The notes below the pieces were generated by a model that made no database searches, was not told the origin of the DNA, and saw nothing but the letters and a program-made list of their open reading frames with translations. This document shows positions 38,898 to 49,179 of a DNA stretch of 64,000 bases, piece after piece. The stretch's first letter is position 1; every line of letters begins with the position of its first letter. The translations under genes were made by a program, and so were the position numbers. The DNA comes from Patescibacteria group bacterium. GTDB lineage: Bacteria > Patescibacteriota > JAHJAL01. Location: positions 158,132-222,131 of the forward strand of contig JBMORM010000009.1 in NCBI GenBank assembly GCA_049322675.1, in the 5' to 3' direction.

Positions 38898-39449
38898 ATG
38901 ATCAATCAAAAAACTTATCTGTGGGCGAGGGTGATTGTGGCGGCGGGTTTGGGAATTGTTATTTCCCAAGCGGTGATTTTTGGGAATTTGATTTTGGCTT
39001 TGGTGTCGATGATCGTGGCTTGGATAATTTTGTTTTACCTGCGAAGCAAAGTCAAAGCGGTGTTGGCGGACGAGCGGGATTATGAGATCGGCGGGACGGC
39101 GGCGCGTTGGGCGATACAGATTTTTTCGATAGTGGCGGTGGTATTTATTTTGATATTTTATACTCAAAGAGGCGTTAATCCCGCTTACGAAGCAATAGCG
39201 GTGACTTTGTCGTACTCAGTTTGTTTTCTAATGGTTTTGTATTCGTTGATATTCAAATTTTATAATCGCCTACTCTGGTTGAAAGGAAAAAATTGGCTGA
39301 TACTGATTGGAACAGTATTGTTGTTGATGATTATTGTCTTTGGTTTGCGACTGCTGAGCGGAGAGGATGATTGGATTTGCCAAAATGGACAGTGGGTAAA
39401 GCACGGCCAACCGGATTGGCCGGCGCCGACTATTGATTGTAAAAAGTAA
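38898..39449 (+). CDS. membrane protein (183 aa, four to five transmembrane helices)
   Basis: ORF overlapping the downstream HTH gene by 17 bp. Confidence 0.5.
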   Translation: MINQKTYLWARVIVAAGLGIVISQAVIFGNLILALVSMIVAWIILFYLRSKVKAVLADERDYEIGGTAARWAIQIFSIVAVVFILIFYTQRGVNPAYEAIAVTLSYSVCFLMVLYSLIFKFYNRLLWLKGKNWLILIGTVLLLMIIVFGLRLLSGEDDWICQNGQWVKHGQPDWPAPTIDCKK

Positions 39450-39648
39450 TATTATGAAAAACAAGATAAAAGAATACAGGACAAAATTGGGGCTGACTCA
39501 GGAAGAGCTGGCGGTAAAAGCGGGAGTGCGGCGGGAGACGATTGTTTTTTTGGAACAAGGAAAATACAATCCTTCATTGGGATTGGCATACAAAGTGGCC
39601 AAGATTTTGCAAACGGGAATTGAAGAATTGTTTGAGTTTGAGAAATAA
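39433..39648 (+). CDS. XRE-family helix-turn-helix transcriptional regulator
   Basis: [31 protein letters not shown], the canonical HTH_XRE. Confidence 0.8.
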   Translation: MIVKSNIMKNKIKEYRTKLGLTQEELAVKAGVRRETIVFLEQGKYNPSLGLAYKVAKILQTGIEELFEFEK

Positions 39649-39670
39649 AATGACGCAAGAAAACAATAAA

Positions 39671-39707
39671 ACAGCGGCAATAAAATATATTGCCGCTGTG
39701 TTTTTTT
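39671..39707 (+). terminator. Rho-independent terminator
   Basis: cagcggcaa-taaaatata-ttgccgctg followed by T8. Confidence 0.7.
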
Positions 39708-39718
39708 AGGAAGTGAAC

Positions 39719-42472
39719 TTAGGCCCTTTGGGCACGATCAAGGGGAATGTCAATATTGATAAAGGCTTCTTTGTCGGATTTGATTTCAAAAATTTGACCA
39801 CAATACCAATCGACGTCTTTGTTTTTGTTAACTAAAACGCAAGCGTGACTGGGGAAGGAAAAGCCATCTTTTTCAACTTGAATAATATACTTCCCGGGAA
39901 CCACCATGAAAGAGAAGCGACCGGCAAAATCGGTGATTTTGGTTTCTAGGATTCTTTCGTAGGTTGGATCAATAATTTTGACGATGGCTGCTTCAACGGG
40001 CAAACCGGTTTTGGCGTCGTAGATGATACCCCAGGGTTTGGGCTTGATATTCAATTTGTAAATCGTGTAGATGAGAGCCATGAGGTACGTCAACATGACA
40101 AAATAATTGATGATTCCGCCATGCATAAGAACTATCGCGATGCTAACTATGAAACCAAGAGAAAGAAGGGGAAAGGAAATTTGTCCGAGATAATAACGAA
40201 GTTTGCGTAAATTGTATTTGTGTTTGGAGATAAGTTGTTGGTGAACCGACTCTTTGGGAGTGATGGGAATATTTAAATTGATTATCTCGTCATCATTTTT
40301 GATTTCGATTTGTCCGCCCAGGTAGAGGTTGCCATAACGTCCGTCGTATTGACCGTATTCGCCACGGGCGGGGAAAAGATAATTTTGTCGGCTGACTTGG
40401 ATAATATATTTTCCTTTTTTTACCAGAAACCCATATCGCCCGTTTTTGTCAGTAACTTTGCTTTCAACATACTTCTTTGTTTTGGCTTCATATAATCTGA
40501 CGATGGCCAAATCAAGCGGGGATTTTGTATCCGAGTCATATACCACTCCCCAAGGGCTACGTTTGGGAAAGATACCTAGCCAACTAGCCAATTGATTTAA
40601 TCCAAATAGCAAGAAACTGAAAATTTCAAAGATGAGTCCAAACAGAGAATATCCGATCAAAACAACCGCGCTCCAGAAAGCCACTTGTTCGACAGGATTT
40701 ACGATTTTGTCGGAAATGTTTTGGCGGAGATATTGTCGAATCCTAGTAGTGGAAGGCAATTTGGATACTATTTCAGCCGGAAGGGGTGTTATTTTTAATC
40801 TTTCAATGTTGCTTGGCAAACTGATAAACCCGTACTGATTGTTGACGACTGAATAGATTGAATATTCGTTGGGGGCAAGGTCGTTGATAAAGTTGTATTC
40901 ATAGAATCCATACTGATCGGATTTAACGTAGTAGATGCGGAAAGAATCCTGATTATAAACATAGATACTGATATCACTATTGGGAGCAGCAGTGCCTTTG
41001 ATCTTGGTTGAGCCTTGTTCGTCGATTTCGTTGGGGGTCAATTTGATAGTGGGTGGCATGATTACATAAACCGGCTTTTCAAATTTGACCGTGTCTTCAT
41101 CGATAATAATATCTATATCTGGAGGATAGATACCGAGATTAGAAAAATAACTGACCAGATTGGTTTTGAATTCGTCAATTGTGCCGAAACTAAAGATCAT
41201 TTCAAATTTGCCATCGACGTCGGCAAATACATTTTGTTCACTGATTTCGTTGGTACCCGAGACGGATGAATTTGGAAAAGTCCAGCCAACAATGGGGACA
41301 TAATATGGTTTTACTTCGGTTCCACCTGGAGTGCCGGGTGTGGTTGGCGTGGTTGGTTGGGTGGTTGGAGGTTGAATGGTTGGTGGGGGTGGTGGTGGAG
41401 GAGGCGGTGGGGGTGGTGGAGTGACATTGCCTGGACATACTCCGCCGCAACCATCGGGACAAGTTTGACCGATATAAGTATTGCCCGAACAAGAGCAGTT
41501 GGGGGTACATATTTCTTCCGGGGGCAGGGTTCCGGGACAAATACCGCCGCAACCGTCGGGGCAGGTTTGGCCGATATAGGTATAGTTTGAACAAGAACAG
41601 TTTGGCGTGCAGACAGTTTCAATCGGCGGAGTAACACCTCCGCCAGGAGGAGTGGTTGACTGAGCAATAATATAATCCAATACATAGGAAGATGACGCTT
41701 TATTGCTCATGGCATCTTCGCAACGCATATATACGGTTTTCGAGCCAAGTCCTGTCAGGTTTAGGTCGCATTGGGTAGTTGACAAACAAGTGTTTGTCAT
41801 AGAGTCAAAATCAGTATCAATAATATCCCATTTGCAAGTAGATGCTACCGGCGAGGTAGTGTATTGAACCAAAGTTGAACCATTGTCGGAATAGTCATAA
41901 TAAGGAGAAGTATTGTCTCCAGCGACGCTTACAATAGTGATGACCGGCGCAGGAGAAACAGTAAATGTACCAACAAAATCATCGGCGATATCAATCGGAT
42001 TGCCAGGATAAGTGGTGTCGGTACCGGTAACAGTAACAGTACCGGCAACGAGCGAAGTCAACGTGGCAGTAGTAACACCGGAAGCATTGGTGGGTAAAGT
42101 TGGTCCGACGATAATGGCGCCAGGTAAACCAGCGGTGTGTAAATCTACTGTGTGTCCCGAGAGCGGTGCTCCACCAAATCCTCTAATGGTTACGGTAATA
42201 GTTATTGTGTCCCCCAATTGAACCGAAGGAGGAATACCGTCAATGGTAGAGTTGGAGATAATCGCGTCCGCCAAAGAAAAAACTTCAACGGTGACATCCG
42301 ATGAAGATGAAGATTGAGCATTTACATTGGTAAAAAATGGTAAAAGGAAGATCTGTAAAACCAGAAATATTTTTACAAAAATATCGGATAATTTTTTTTG
42401 ATTTTTCATTTTTGTTTTTGATTTTTTGACTTGGGGGCCGGCACTTTTTTGAAGGAAATGCCGGTCACCCAA
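39719..42472 (-). CDS. large cell-surface protein. It has a signal peptide, an Ig-like (Big) domain, duplicated Cys-rich modules, a poly-Pro linker, two carboxypeptidase-regulatory/Cna-B-like domains, and transmembrane anchors.
   Basis: MKNQKK...FFTNVNA signal sequence, CTPNCSCSNYTYIGQTCPDGCGGICPG present twice, P14, and VYDSDTKSPLDLAIVRLYE...DKNGRYGF / IYDAKTGLPVEAAIVKII...DFAGRFSF. Confidence 0.7.
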   Translation of the reverse strand: MGDRHFLQKSAGPQVKKSKTKMKNQKKLSDIFVKIFLVLQIFLLPFFTNVNAQSSSSSDVTVEVFSLADAIISNSTIDGIPPSVQLGDTITITVTIRGFGGAPLSGHTVDLHTAGLPGAIIVGPTLPTNASGVTTATLTSLVAGTVTVTGTDTTYPGNPIDIADDFVGTFTVSPAPVITIVSVAGDNTSPYYDYSDNGSTLVQYTTSPVASTCKWDIIDTDFDSMTNTCLSTTQCDLNLTGLGSKTVYMRCEDAMSNKASSSYVLDYIIAQSTTPPGGGVTPPIETVCTPNCSCSNYTYIGQTCPDGCGGICPGTLPPEEICTPNCSCSGNTYIGQTCPDGCGGVCPGNVTPPPPPPPPPPPPPTIQPPTTQPTTPTTPGTPGGTEVKPYYVPIVGWTFPNSSVSGTNEISEQNVFADVDGKFEMIFSFGTIDEFKTNLVSYFSNLGIYPPDIDIIIDEDTVKFEKPVYVIMPPTIKLTPNEIDEQGSTKIKGTAAPNSDISIYVYNQDSFRIYYVKSDQYGFYEYNFINDLAPNEYSIYSVVNNQYGFISLPSNIERLKITPLPAEIVSKLPSTTRIRQYLRQNISDKIVNPVEQVAFWSAVVLIGYSLFGLIFEIFSFLLFGLNQLASWLGIFPKRSPWGVVYDSDTKSPLDLAIVRLYEAKTKKYVESKVTDKNGRYGFLVKKGKYIIQVSRQNYLFPARGEYGQYDGRYGNLYLGGQIEIKNDDEIINLNIPITPKESVHQQLISKHKYNLRKLRYYLGQISFPLLSLGFIVSIAIVLMHGGIINYFVMLTYLMALIYTIYKLNIKPKPWGIIYDAKTGLPVEAAIVKIIDPTYERILETKITDFAGRFSFMVVPGKYIIQVEKDGFSFPSHACVLVNKNKDVDWYCGQIFEIKSDKEAFINIDIPLDRAQRA

Positions 42473-42486
42473 ATCAAATAATGATT

Positions 42487-43458
42487 TTATTGTTTCATTT
42501 CTTCTTTAATCTCTTTTGATAGTTCGTCTTTGTAGCTTTTTGACGACATTTTGATAAAGAGAATGATCAAAATAACGATAATAATAATGATGACTATGGT
42601 TGTGAAATGGTAGTCACCAAAACTATAGCTTTCTTTGAAAACCTGTTTGCTATTGCCAAAGGTACCTTCGACAGTTGCAGTGTATTTGCCATACAAAGAA
42701 CCTTTTGGGTTCCAAGTGGTGGTCATCTTGCGAGTACTGCCAGGAACAACGTTTTTTCCTTCCAGTTGAATTTCGTCAACTTGAGTACCCATCCAGTTGG
42801 TGATTTTGATAGTTCCGACCGGTTTGAAATGAGTGTTACCGGTATTGCTAAAACGAAGATCAAAGTTTACAACCGGGGTGTTGGTTTTTTCATCTTTGGT
42901 GATGCCTTTGGTGCTAAATTCGACAACCTTTCCTGATTCAGTTGCATTACCGTTGACGTTTAGCAAAATCAAAGAACCGACACCGCTTTCTACTTTAAGT
43001 TGGGTTGATTCAGGGGAACCTTCTGCAGCCTTAGTTACAAAAACTACAGTACCATAATGTCCACCAGGATTGGCGGAAGTAGGGATATTGATGGTAAATT
43101 TTACATCATCTTTTTGGCCAGGTTCCAAACTGACTGATTCTTTGTTGAAAGTGATCCAGTCCATAACAGCGTATGGAGTGTCATCTTTGGTTAGAGATGG
43201 TAAGCCTTCTTCATTGCCTTCTTTGGGCAAAAAGTTTTGAGCTTCTGGATATAAAGTGAGTTTTTCGGAACCCGGGTTGGAAACGGTAATAATACCGGAC
43301 AATGCTTCACCAGGATTGGCGGTTAGATTGTCAAATAATGCGGGTGAAATTTTGATGGTAGTGCCGCCAGTTTGAGCCAAACCCAATTGGACGGACGACA
43401 AGGTCAAAACGGTGACCAATGATAATGCTAGGATTGAAAATATTGATTTATTTTTCAT
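42487..43458 (-). CDS. secreted/anchored beta-rich protein (323 aa)
   Basis: Signal peptide and a C-terminal transmembrane helix (IVIIIIIVILIILFI). Confidence 0.55.
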   Translation of the reverse strand: MKNKSIFSILALSLVTVLTLSSVQLGLAQTGGTTIKISPALFDNLTANPGEALSGIITVSNPGSEKLTLYPEAQNFLPKEGNEEGLPSLTKDDTPYAVMDWITFNKESVSLEPGQKDDVKFTINIPTSANPGGHYGTVVFVTKAAEGSPESTQLKVESGVGSLILLNVNGNATESGKVVEFSTKGITKDEKTNTPVVNFDLRFSNTGNTHFKPVGTIKITNWMGTQVDEIQLEGKNVVPGSTRKMTTTWNPKGSLYGKYTATVEGTFGNSKQVFKESYSFGDYHFTTIVIIIIIVILIILFIKMSSKSYKDELSKEIKEEMKQ

Positions 43459-43499
43459 TGCCTTCCTTTAAAATTAGTAAGAATATTTCGACCTAATAA

Positions 43500-44633
43500 T
43501 TAAAACGTAGCGGTACAAATGTACATCAAAGTATTTGAGTAAATACCCGCTTCTTGGAGGTTGGTAACTTCCAATTTGTAGCTGACGATATCTTCCTCGC
43601 CACTGACTGATCCACTAGCTCGAGCTACTTCATATGGAGTGTCGTTGGCCTGATAGCCAGCAAATTTGTAGCTATCATACAAACCGGTATGAGCGTCAGT
43701 GTCATCGCTGGTAAAACCAAAATAACCTTTGTGAGTTGTTGGCGTGGCATCTTTGGGTTGAGCCCAAACTTCAGGAGTGGTATAGGTATTGGCATTTCCG
43801 TCGGTGCCTTTGAAAGCATCAATTGTCTTGGCAGCAGCGGAAGTAAGATTTTGATTTTGTTGGACTGTTACAACATATCCACCGCTAGCATTGGTTGAAA
43901 CGGTTAGTCTTTGGCAACCAACTTTGGGGACATCGACGGTCATACTACCAAAAGGAATAGAAGTAGATGTGGTAGTAATGTCGGCAGTGCCGGTAGCAGA
44001 TGAATTTGGACAGTTACCGGCGCCACTGGCGATACCGGCAATGGCAAAAGTCAAACTAGATTGAACGGTAGCAGTAACTTGAATTGAACTATTGATATTG
44101 ACTGACAAAGTACCGGTGTCTGAAACGTCGGCATCAGTATCAAAAGCTCCAACTGCGATTTGATAAGATTGAGAAGATCCAGCTGGGGTTGGATTGGTAA
44201 TTTGGTTGGTACCACCGGCAGCATTGGTTCCGATTTCGATTTTCACCGAGTCTCCGGCACCCAAACTAACTGATGAACCAAAATGGAAAGTCATAACTCG
44301 ATCATTGAGTTCGTAACCGACTTCGGCGGCCGCTGGCGCGTCACCATCAACAACTGTTTGATCAACACCGTCCAATTCAACATCGACATCGCCGAAAGCG
44401 ATTGATGAAATTGTAAAATCGGGTGAAGCCGGCCAGGTAATGTCAATTTCGGCGTCGTCCCCGCTGATTGCGCTAGGAACATTGAAATCAAAAGTATGGT
44501 TTGAAACAACTGTTGGCGCACTATTAGTTAGTGTGTCCTTAAGACTTGTCAAACTCGCCGCTTTGGCCACAGGTAGATAAGAAAGTAACAAGGCCAGACA
44601 AGCAAAAAGTGGCAGAATTTTTTTTATTTTCAT
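43500..44633 (-). CDS. secreted Thr/Ser-rich beta protein (377 aa)
   Basis: Signal peptide MKIKKILPLFACLALLLSYLPVAKA. Confidence 0.55.
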   Translation of the reverse strand: MKIKKILPLFACLALLLSYLPVAKAASLTSLKDTLTNSAPTVVSNHTFDFNVPSAISGDDAEIDITWPASPDFTISSIAFGDVDVELDGVDQTVVDGDAPAAAEVGYELNDRVMTFHFGSSVSLGAGDSVKIEIGTNAAGGTNQITNPTPAGSSQSYQIAVGAFDTDADVSDTGTLSVNINSSIQVTATVQSSLTFAIAGIASGAGNCPNSSATGTADITTTSTSIPFGSMTVDVPKVGCQRLTVSTNASGGYVVTVQQNQNLTSAAAKTIDAFKGTDGNANTYTTPEVWAQPKDATPTTHKGYFGFTSDDTDAHTGLYDSYKFAGYQANDTPYEVARASGSVSGEEDIVSYKLEVTNLQEAGIYSNTLMYICTATF

Positions 44634-44910
44634 AGTTTTTACCCTTTTTAATTGCGCTATTAAGATATAAAATTTGTAAATTTAGTGAGAATATATTTAT
44701 CGACCAAAAAAATATAAATTTTTTCTCATTCTGCTATATACGTTATCAAATTGTGATGAAGTGTCAATTGAGGATAACTTTATATTTGATAAAATATTAT
44801 CTGGTTATTGTAACATCTTTTAAAAATTATTGCAAGCCTGTTGTCTTCCAAGAAATATTTGACTTTATCGTCTTATTTTGGCAATCTGAGTATATACGTT
44901 TGTATGTTGT

Positions 44911-44983
44911 GCCGAGATAGCTCAGTTGGTAGAGCAAAGGACTGAAAATCCTTGTGTCGCCAGTTCGATCCTGGCTCTCGGCA
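44911..44983 (+). tRNA. tRNA-Phe (GAA)
   Basis: Acceptor stem gccgaga/tctcggc, D-arm gctcagttggtagagc, anticodon loop cuGAAaa and T-arm ggttcgatcc (read as ccagttcgatcctgg). Confidence 0.9.
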
Positions 44984-45015
44984 TTTTTTTTCGACAATAC
45001 ATTATATATAATACG

Positions 45016-45438
45016 ATGAATTTTAAATCTTTTATTGATTGGAATTACTATTTTTCCAGTTCACCTGCGAGTGGTAATTTTAAATTTTTAATTCCTTTAT
45101 TGATTGTATTTGGGTTGCTTTTGTTGGTGGGAATATTTTTTAAATATTCGCTGTCGATTCGAGAAAGGGAAAAAAAGTACAATAAAATTTTGGGGGATAA
45201 AATTTTTTCTTCGTTATTAAATATTTTTATTGCCAGTTATGCCTATTTGTTTTTCAGGTACGAAGGAATAAGATTTTTGTCATCAAGATTTTGGCTAGTC
45301 TTAATTGTTGTTTGGTTCATATGGTCTGGTTATCAGTTGTGGATTTTTTACTCAAATGATTATCAAAAAATGAAAAAAAGCTTTGAGTCCAGAAGCCAAA
45401 CCAAGGTTTATAAGCCAAAGCGCAAGAAGAGAAAGTAG
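45016..45438 (+). CDS. small membrane protein (140 aa). The start was moved downstream of the tRNA.
   Basis: The MNFKSF... start codon lies in the same frame as the listed ORF. The region upstream of it overlaps the tRNA. Confidence 0.45.
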   Translation: MNFKSFIDWNYYFSSSPASGNFKFLIPLLIVFGLLLLVGIFFKYSLSIREREKKYNKILGDKIFSSLLNIFIASYAYLFFRYEGIRFLSSRFWLVLIVVWFIWSGYQLWIFYSNDYQKMKKSFESRSQTKVYKPKRKKRK

Positions 45439-45458
45439 TTTTTTAGTTTGTATTTTAT

Positions 45459-46802
45459 TTGTTTAAATATTTTATCAAAATGACTCAAGACAACACGATT
45501 ACCACCAATCCTCAGACCATGAAGGATTTATTGGAGTCAACCGGTTGGGATTTTAAAATCTATCAAACCGGAGATGTAGTTAAAGGCAGAGTAATTGACG
45601 TTTCCCAAAATAAAGTCTGGCTGGATATCGGAGGAAAATCTCTTGGAGTTATCCCCAAGAGAGAATTATTGGAAGAAAAAGGATTGAAGGACATTGAAAT
45701 CAACGAAGAGCTTTGCACATATGTTTTGGCACCGGAAAATGATGATGGTTATGCTGTATTATCCCTAAGAAGAGCAATACGAGAAAAGGCTTGGGAAGAA
45801 TTGAAAGACAAGTTTGATAAGCAGGAAAATGTTCAAGTGAGGGTAGTGGAAGCCAACAAGGGTGGGTTGTTGGTGGATATACACGGAGTGAGAGGATTTT
45901 TACCGGTTTCACAACTCAAACCAGAAAATTATCCTCGAGTAGAAGGCGGGAACAAAGAAGAAATCAGAGAAAAACTTTCAAAGTTTGTGAGCAAGGATTT
46001 ACAAGTTCGTATAATTGCTTTTGAAAGAGCGACCAATAAGTTGATTATGTCAGAAAAAGCGGTTCCTGATGCGAAACAAAAAGAGATTGAAGAAAATTAT
46101 CAAATTGGCGATGCGGTTGAAGGAATGATTAGTGGAATTGTTGATTTTGGTGCTTTCATGAAGTTTGATGGCGTAGAAGGTTTGATACATATTTCTGAGA
46201 TTACTTGGGGTAGAGTTGACAAGATTGATGATTATTTGAAAGTCGGCGATCAAGTCAAAGCCATGTTGATCGGACTGGAAAATGGTCGTATTTCTTTGTC
46301 AATCAAACGTCTTCAGTCTGATCCATGGGTCAAGATGATGCAAAAATATGCTGTTGGGGATATTGTTGAAGGTGAGATAAGTAAAATTACTCCTTTTGGT
46401 GCTTTTGCCACAATTGATTCCACTATTGATGGTTTGGTTCATATTTCTGAATTGTCTAGCAAACGGGTAGTGAATCCAGCGGAAGTGGTAAAAGTAGGCG
46501 AGCATCATAAGTTTAAAATTATTTCCATTGAAGCCGACAACCATCGACTGGGCCTGAGTTTGAAGGCTGTAACCGAACCAGAGGAGGAAAAGAAAGAGGA
46601 AAAAGATGATGCTGAGAAAAAATCCTCCGATGTTGACCCTTTGATGGAAATTGACGGAATTACCGCCAAGGTGACAGAGAATTTGCACAAAGGAGGAATA
46701 TCAACCGTCGAGCAATTGAAAAAAATCTCTAAAGAGGATTTGTTGAAGATAGATGGAATTGGTGAAAAGACCGCGGAAAAAATAATCGAGGCGGTGAAAT
46801 AG
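45459..46802 (+). CDS. rpsA: 30S ribosomal protein S1 (four S1 domains plus a C-terminal HhH)
   Basis: Repeated S1 OB-fold signatures (GDVVKGRV, GDAVEGMISG, GDIVEGEISK) and a C-terminal GIGEKTAEKIIEAV. Confidence 0.85.
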   Translation: MFKYFIKMTQDNTITTNPQTMKDLLESTGWDFKIYQTGDVVKGRVIDVSQNKVWLDIGGKSLGVIPKRELLEEKGLKDIEINEELCTYVLAPENDDGYAVLSLRRAIREKAWEELKDKFDKQENVQVRVVEANKGGLLVDIHGVRGFLPVSQLKPENYPRVEGGNKEEIREKLSKFVSKDLQVRIIAFERATNKLIMSEKAVPDAKQKEIEENYQIGDAVEGMISGIVDFGAFMKFDGVEGLIHISEITWGRVDKIDDYLKVGDQVKAMLIGLENGRISLSIKRLQSDPWVKMMQKYAVGDIVEGEISKITPFGAFATIDSTIDGLVHISELSSKRVVNPAEVVKVGEHHKFKIISIEADNHRLGLSLKAVTEPEEEKKEEKDDAEKKSSDVDPLMEIDGITAKVTENLHKGGISTVEQLKKISKEDLLKIDGIGEKTAEKIIEAVK

Positions 46803-46832
46803 CTATTTTGGTAAAATATTCTATTAAAAAAA

Positions 46833-46858
46833 CTATCAGACAACCTGATAGTTTTTTT
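46833..46858. terminator. terminator between the convergent rpsA and ylxR-like genes
   Basis: ctatcag-acaac-ctgatag followed by T7. Confidence 0.7.
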
Positions 46859-46863
46859 AAAAA

Positions 46864-47145
46864 TTATTGTTTCTTTAAATTATCTAAAAATATTTTACTA
46901 AAATCAGAGATGGCTGCGGCTGGAATTTTGGTTTTGAGGCGATGAGAGAATGCGTTTCTTTTGATTGCCTGGCGAAGGCAGTTTTCGTTGGGGCAAATAT
47001 GCGCTCCCCTACCCTCTTTTTTGTGATTAAGATGGGAAGAAATATTAATTTTTTTGCCGTCAAAACAAATACGAAGGAAATTGTTTTGATGATTGGTTTG
47101 GCCGCAACCTATACAAGTGCGTTGATGTTTTATTTTGCCGGTCAT
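46864..47145 (-). CDS. YlxR/DUF448-family protein
   Basis: RTCIGCGQT...LRI..., the conserved Cys cluster of the family. Confidence 0.55.
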   Translation of the reverse strand: MTGKIKHQRTCIGCGQTNHQNNFLRICFDGKKINISSHLNHKKEGRGAHICPNENCLRQAIKRNAFSHRLKTKIPAAAISDFSKIFLDNLKKQ

Positions 47146-47147
47146 AT

Positions 47148-47909
47148 TTATCGCTTATCAAATTTTAGAGTATTTTGTTGGGGAAAAATGTCATTAATAT
47201 TTATCAAGTCAAGAAATGATTGATATATTTTTTCCGGGGTATATATTTCAATTTTTTTGTTGTATTCATTGACTAAAAGTGTATTTTCTTCGACGAGCAG
47301 GTTGTATTCATCAACCAATTGATTGTAGCTAACCAGTTGATTTTCGGCTGATAATTTGTCCATGTTTTGTTTGAGACTGGAAAGTTTGGTCTTGTTTTCA
47401 TTGATTTTTTTATATTTTTCGATCAATGAAATAGCTTCGTTGAAAGTAGTTTGGAGGTTATCTAGATTTTGTGTTTGATTATTTGATTGATAATACTCTC
47501 TAATTTCTGTTTGATTGATAAAATCGTTGTACTCTTGTCGAGTTTTTTTGAGAGCATCCTGGTTGTTGTTTTTGTAGGCAGCATCAAATTCTTCCAGCCA
47601 AATGAAATGAAGACAAGATAAACTTTTTTTTAGAATTGTTTGATAGTCTGGAGAGGAAACTGCGCTATTTTTGTTATCAGAAAAAATTTGTTGAAGACTG
47701 TTTTTGATACTTTCCTTGCTGTCGTGCAGTAGATCGAGGTTGATATTGCTATTATCGTAAACATGATTGGAGTCGCTGATTTGTTGTACATGTATCGAAA
47801 CTTTGTTGATTTGGGAATTGATATTTTTGGTTGCCTGACTGGACGGAAGATTAGCGCCACAGCCGATCAAAAACAGGGAGGAGAAAAGCACAAGCATTTT
47901 TTTGAACAT
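47148..47909 (-). CDS. coiled-coil lipoprotein (253 aa)
   Basis: Lipobox LFLIGCGAN after a signal peptide. Confidence 0.5.
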   Translation of the reverse strand: MFKKMLVLFSSLFLIGCGANLPSSQATKNINSQINKVSIHVQQISDSNHVYDNSNINLDLLHDSKESIKNSLQQIFSDNKNSAVSSPDYQTILKKSLSCLHFIWLEEFDAAYKNNNQDALKKTRQEYNDFINQTEIREYYQSNNQTQNLDNLQTTFNEAISLIEKYKKINENKTKLSSLKQNMDKLSAENQLVSYNQLVDEYNLLVEENTLLVNEYNKKIEIYTPEKIYQSFLDLININDIFPQQNTLKFDKR

Positions 47910-48017
47910 TTTTTTGTCGGTTTTAAAGATAATCTTTCTTTATTATATTTTTAGTTTTGGATAAAATAAAGATATGATTGCTAACTATGAATATTTTATT
48001 GGTTAAACAAAACACAA

Positions 48018-49097
48018 ATGATTGATTTAAATGACGTAAGTGAGATTGAAAAAAGTGACCCGGACGGATATTTGAAAATATTGGCAGAGACACCGAATTT
48101 GTGTCGCCAGGTATTGACGGAATTTGACCAAGTTAATCTCGCCAAGAAAAGATTTGAGAAAGTAGCGATTTGTGCAATGGGCGGCTCGGCGATTGGAGCT
48201 GATTTGGCTCGTTATTTGTTGGAATTTAAAACCAATTTGAACATTCAAGTTTTGAGAGATTACAATTTGCCAAACTGGGTTGACAACAAAACTCTTGTAA
48301 TAACTATTAGCTATTCCGGAAATACGGAAGAAACTTTGACTGCTTTTTCTTTGGCTAAAAAACGAAATTGTTTGATATACGTTATTGCTTCAGGTGGAAA
48401 GTTGATTGAGCAGGCAAAAAATAATCTGATTGATTATTTTTTGCTGCCAACTGGTCTTCCGCCCAGAACAGCTTGGGGTTTGTCATTTATTTTGGTCAAT
48501 GAATTGATACGCAAATACGGCGCTCTCCAAAAAAATGATCTTGATAGCAAGGTCATGATTGACGAAATGGAAAAATCGATTGACGCCTATCGTCACGCTT
48601 TGCCAATTGAGAAAAATCCGGCGAAGTCGATTGCTTTATCTCTGGTAAAATCCACTCCAATTATTTTTGGAGCGGAGCATTTGGGAGTGGTGGCAAGAAG
48701 ATGGAAGGGACAATTTAATGAGAATGCCAAGTTGCCTTCTTTTTATGAAGATTTGCCTGAATTGAACCACAATAGTCAGCAAGGATTGGAATGCAGCGAC
48801 GAAATCAAGAAAAGTTTATCATACTTGGTATTGGATTCCGCTAACTATCATCCCCGCAACCAGTTGCGAGCCAAGGTAGTATTTGAATCATGGCAGAAAA
48901 ACGGTTTTGATGCGACTTTGGTACAGGTGGGTGGCGAGAATGCTTTTGAAGAGATGATCAGATGTATTATTTTGGGAGATTTTGTTAGCGTATATTTGGC
49001 TTTGATGTTGGGAAAAAATCCGGTCAAATACGAAGCGATCGAAGAGTTGAAATCATATTTGAAAACCGAAGAATATACGGATGAATTGTTGGGATAA
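48018..49097 (+). CDS. bifunctional phosphoglucose/phosphomannose isomerase (SIS-domain, archaeal-type PGI/PMI)
   Basis: VAICAMGGSAIGADL and the SYSGNTEETL SIS motifs; size and layout match the PGI/PMI family. Confidence 0.75.
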   Translation: MIDLNDVSEIEKSDPDGYLKILAETPNLCRQVLTEFDQVNLAKKRFEKVAICAMGGSAIGADLARYLLEFKTNLNIQVLRDYNLPNWVDNKTLVITISYSGNTEETLTAFSLAKKRNCLIYVIASGGKLIEQAKNNLIDYFLLPTGLPPRTAWGLSFILVNELIRKYGALQKNDLDSKVMIDEMEKSIDAYRHALPIEKNPAKSIALSLVKSTPIIFGAEHLGVVARRWKGQFNENAKLPSFYEDLPELNHNSQQGLECSDEIKKSLSYLVLDSANYHPRNQLRAKVVFESWQKNGFDATLVQVGGENAFEEMIRCIILGDFVSVYLALMLGKNPVKYEAIEELKSYLKTEEYTDELLG

Positions 49098-49103
49098 TAT
49101 TAT

Positions 49104-49139
49104 TTGATACTAGATACTAGGTACTAGGTTTTAGGTTAG
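49104..49139. repeat. heptamer tandem repeat (GATACTA/GGTACTA/GGTTTTA)
   Basis: gatacta gatacta ggtacta ggtttta ggttaga. Confidence 0.7.
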
Positions 49140-49179
49140 AGAGAGAAAAAGAGATTTATTTCATTATTATTATTTCGAT

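Noticed and set aside
41238-41685. Pro/His-rich ORFs 41238..41594 and 41311..41685 and the Gly/Trp-rich ORF 41357..41590
   Set aside because: They are alternative-frame translations of the GGN/CCN repeat and the duplicated Cys-module DNA of the surface-protein gene.
44926-45015. The N-terminal 30 codons of the listed ORF 44926..45438 (MVEQRTENPCVASSILALG...)
   Set aside because: This stretch is the in-frame translation of tRNA-Phe (44911-44983). The real gene most likely starts at the ATG at 45016, in the same frame.
18029-49139. Possibility that the short tandem repeats (18029, 24869, 49104) are CRISPR arrays
   Set aside because: The units are 7 bp with no unique spacers of 25-40 bp and no cas genes, so they are not CRISPR arrays.
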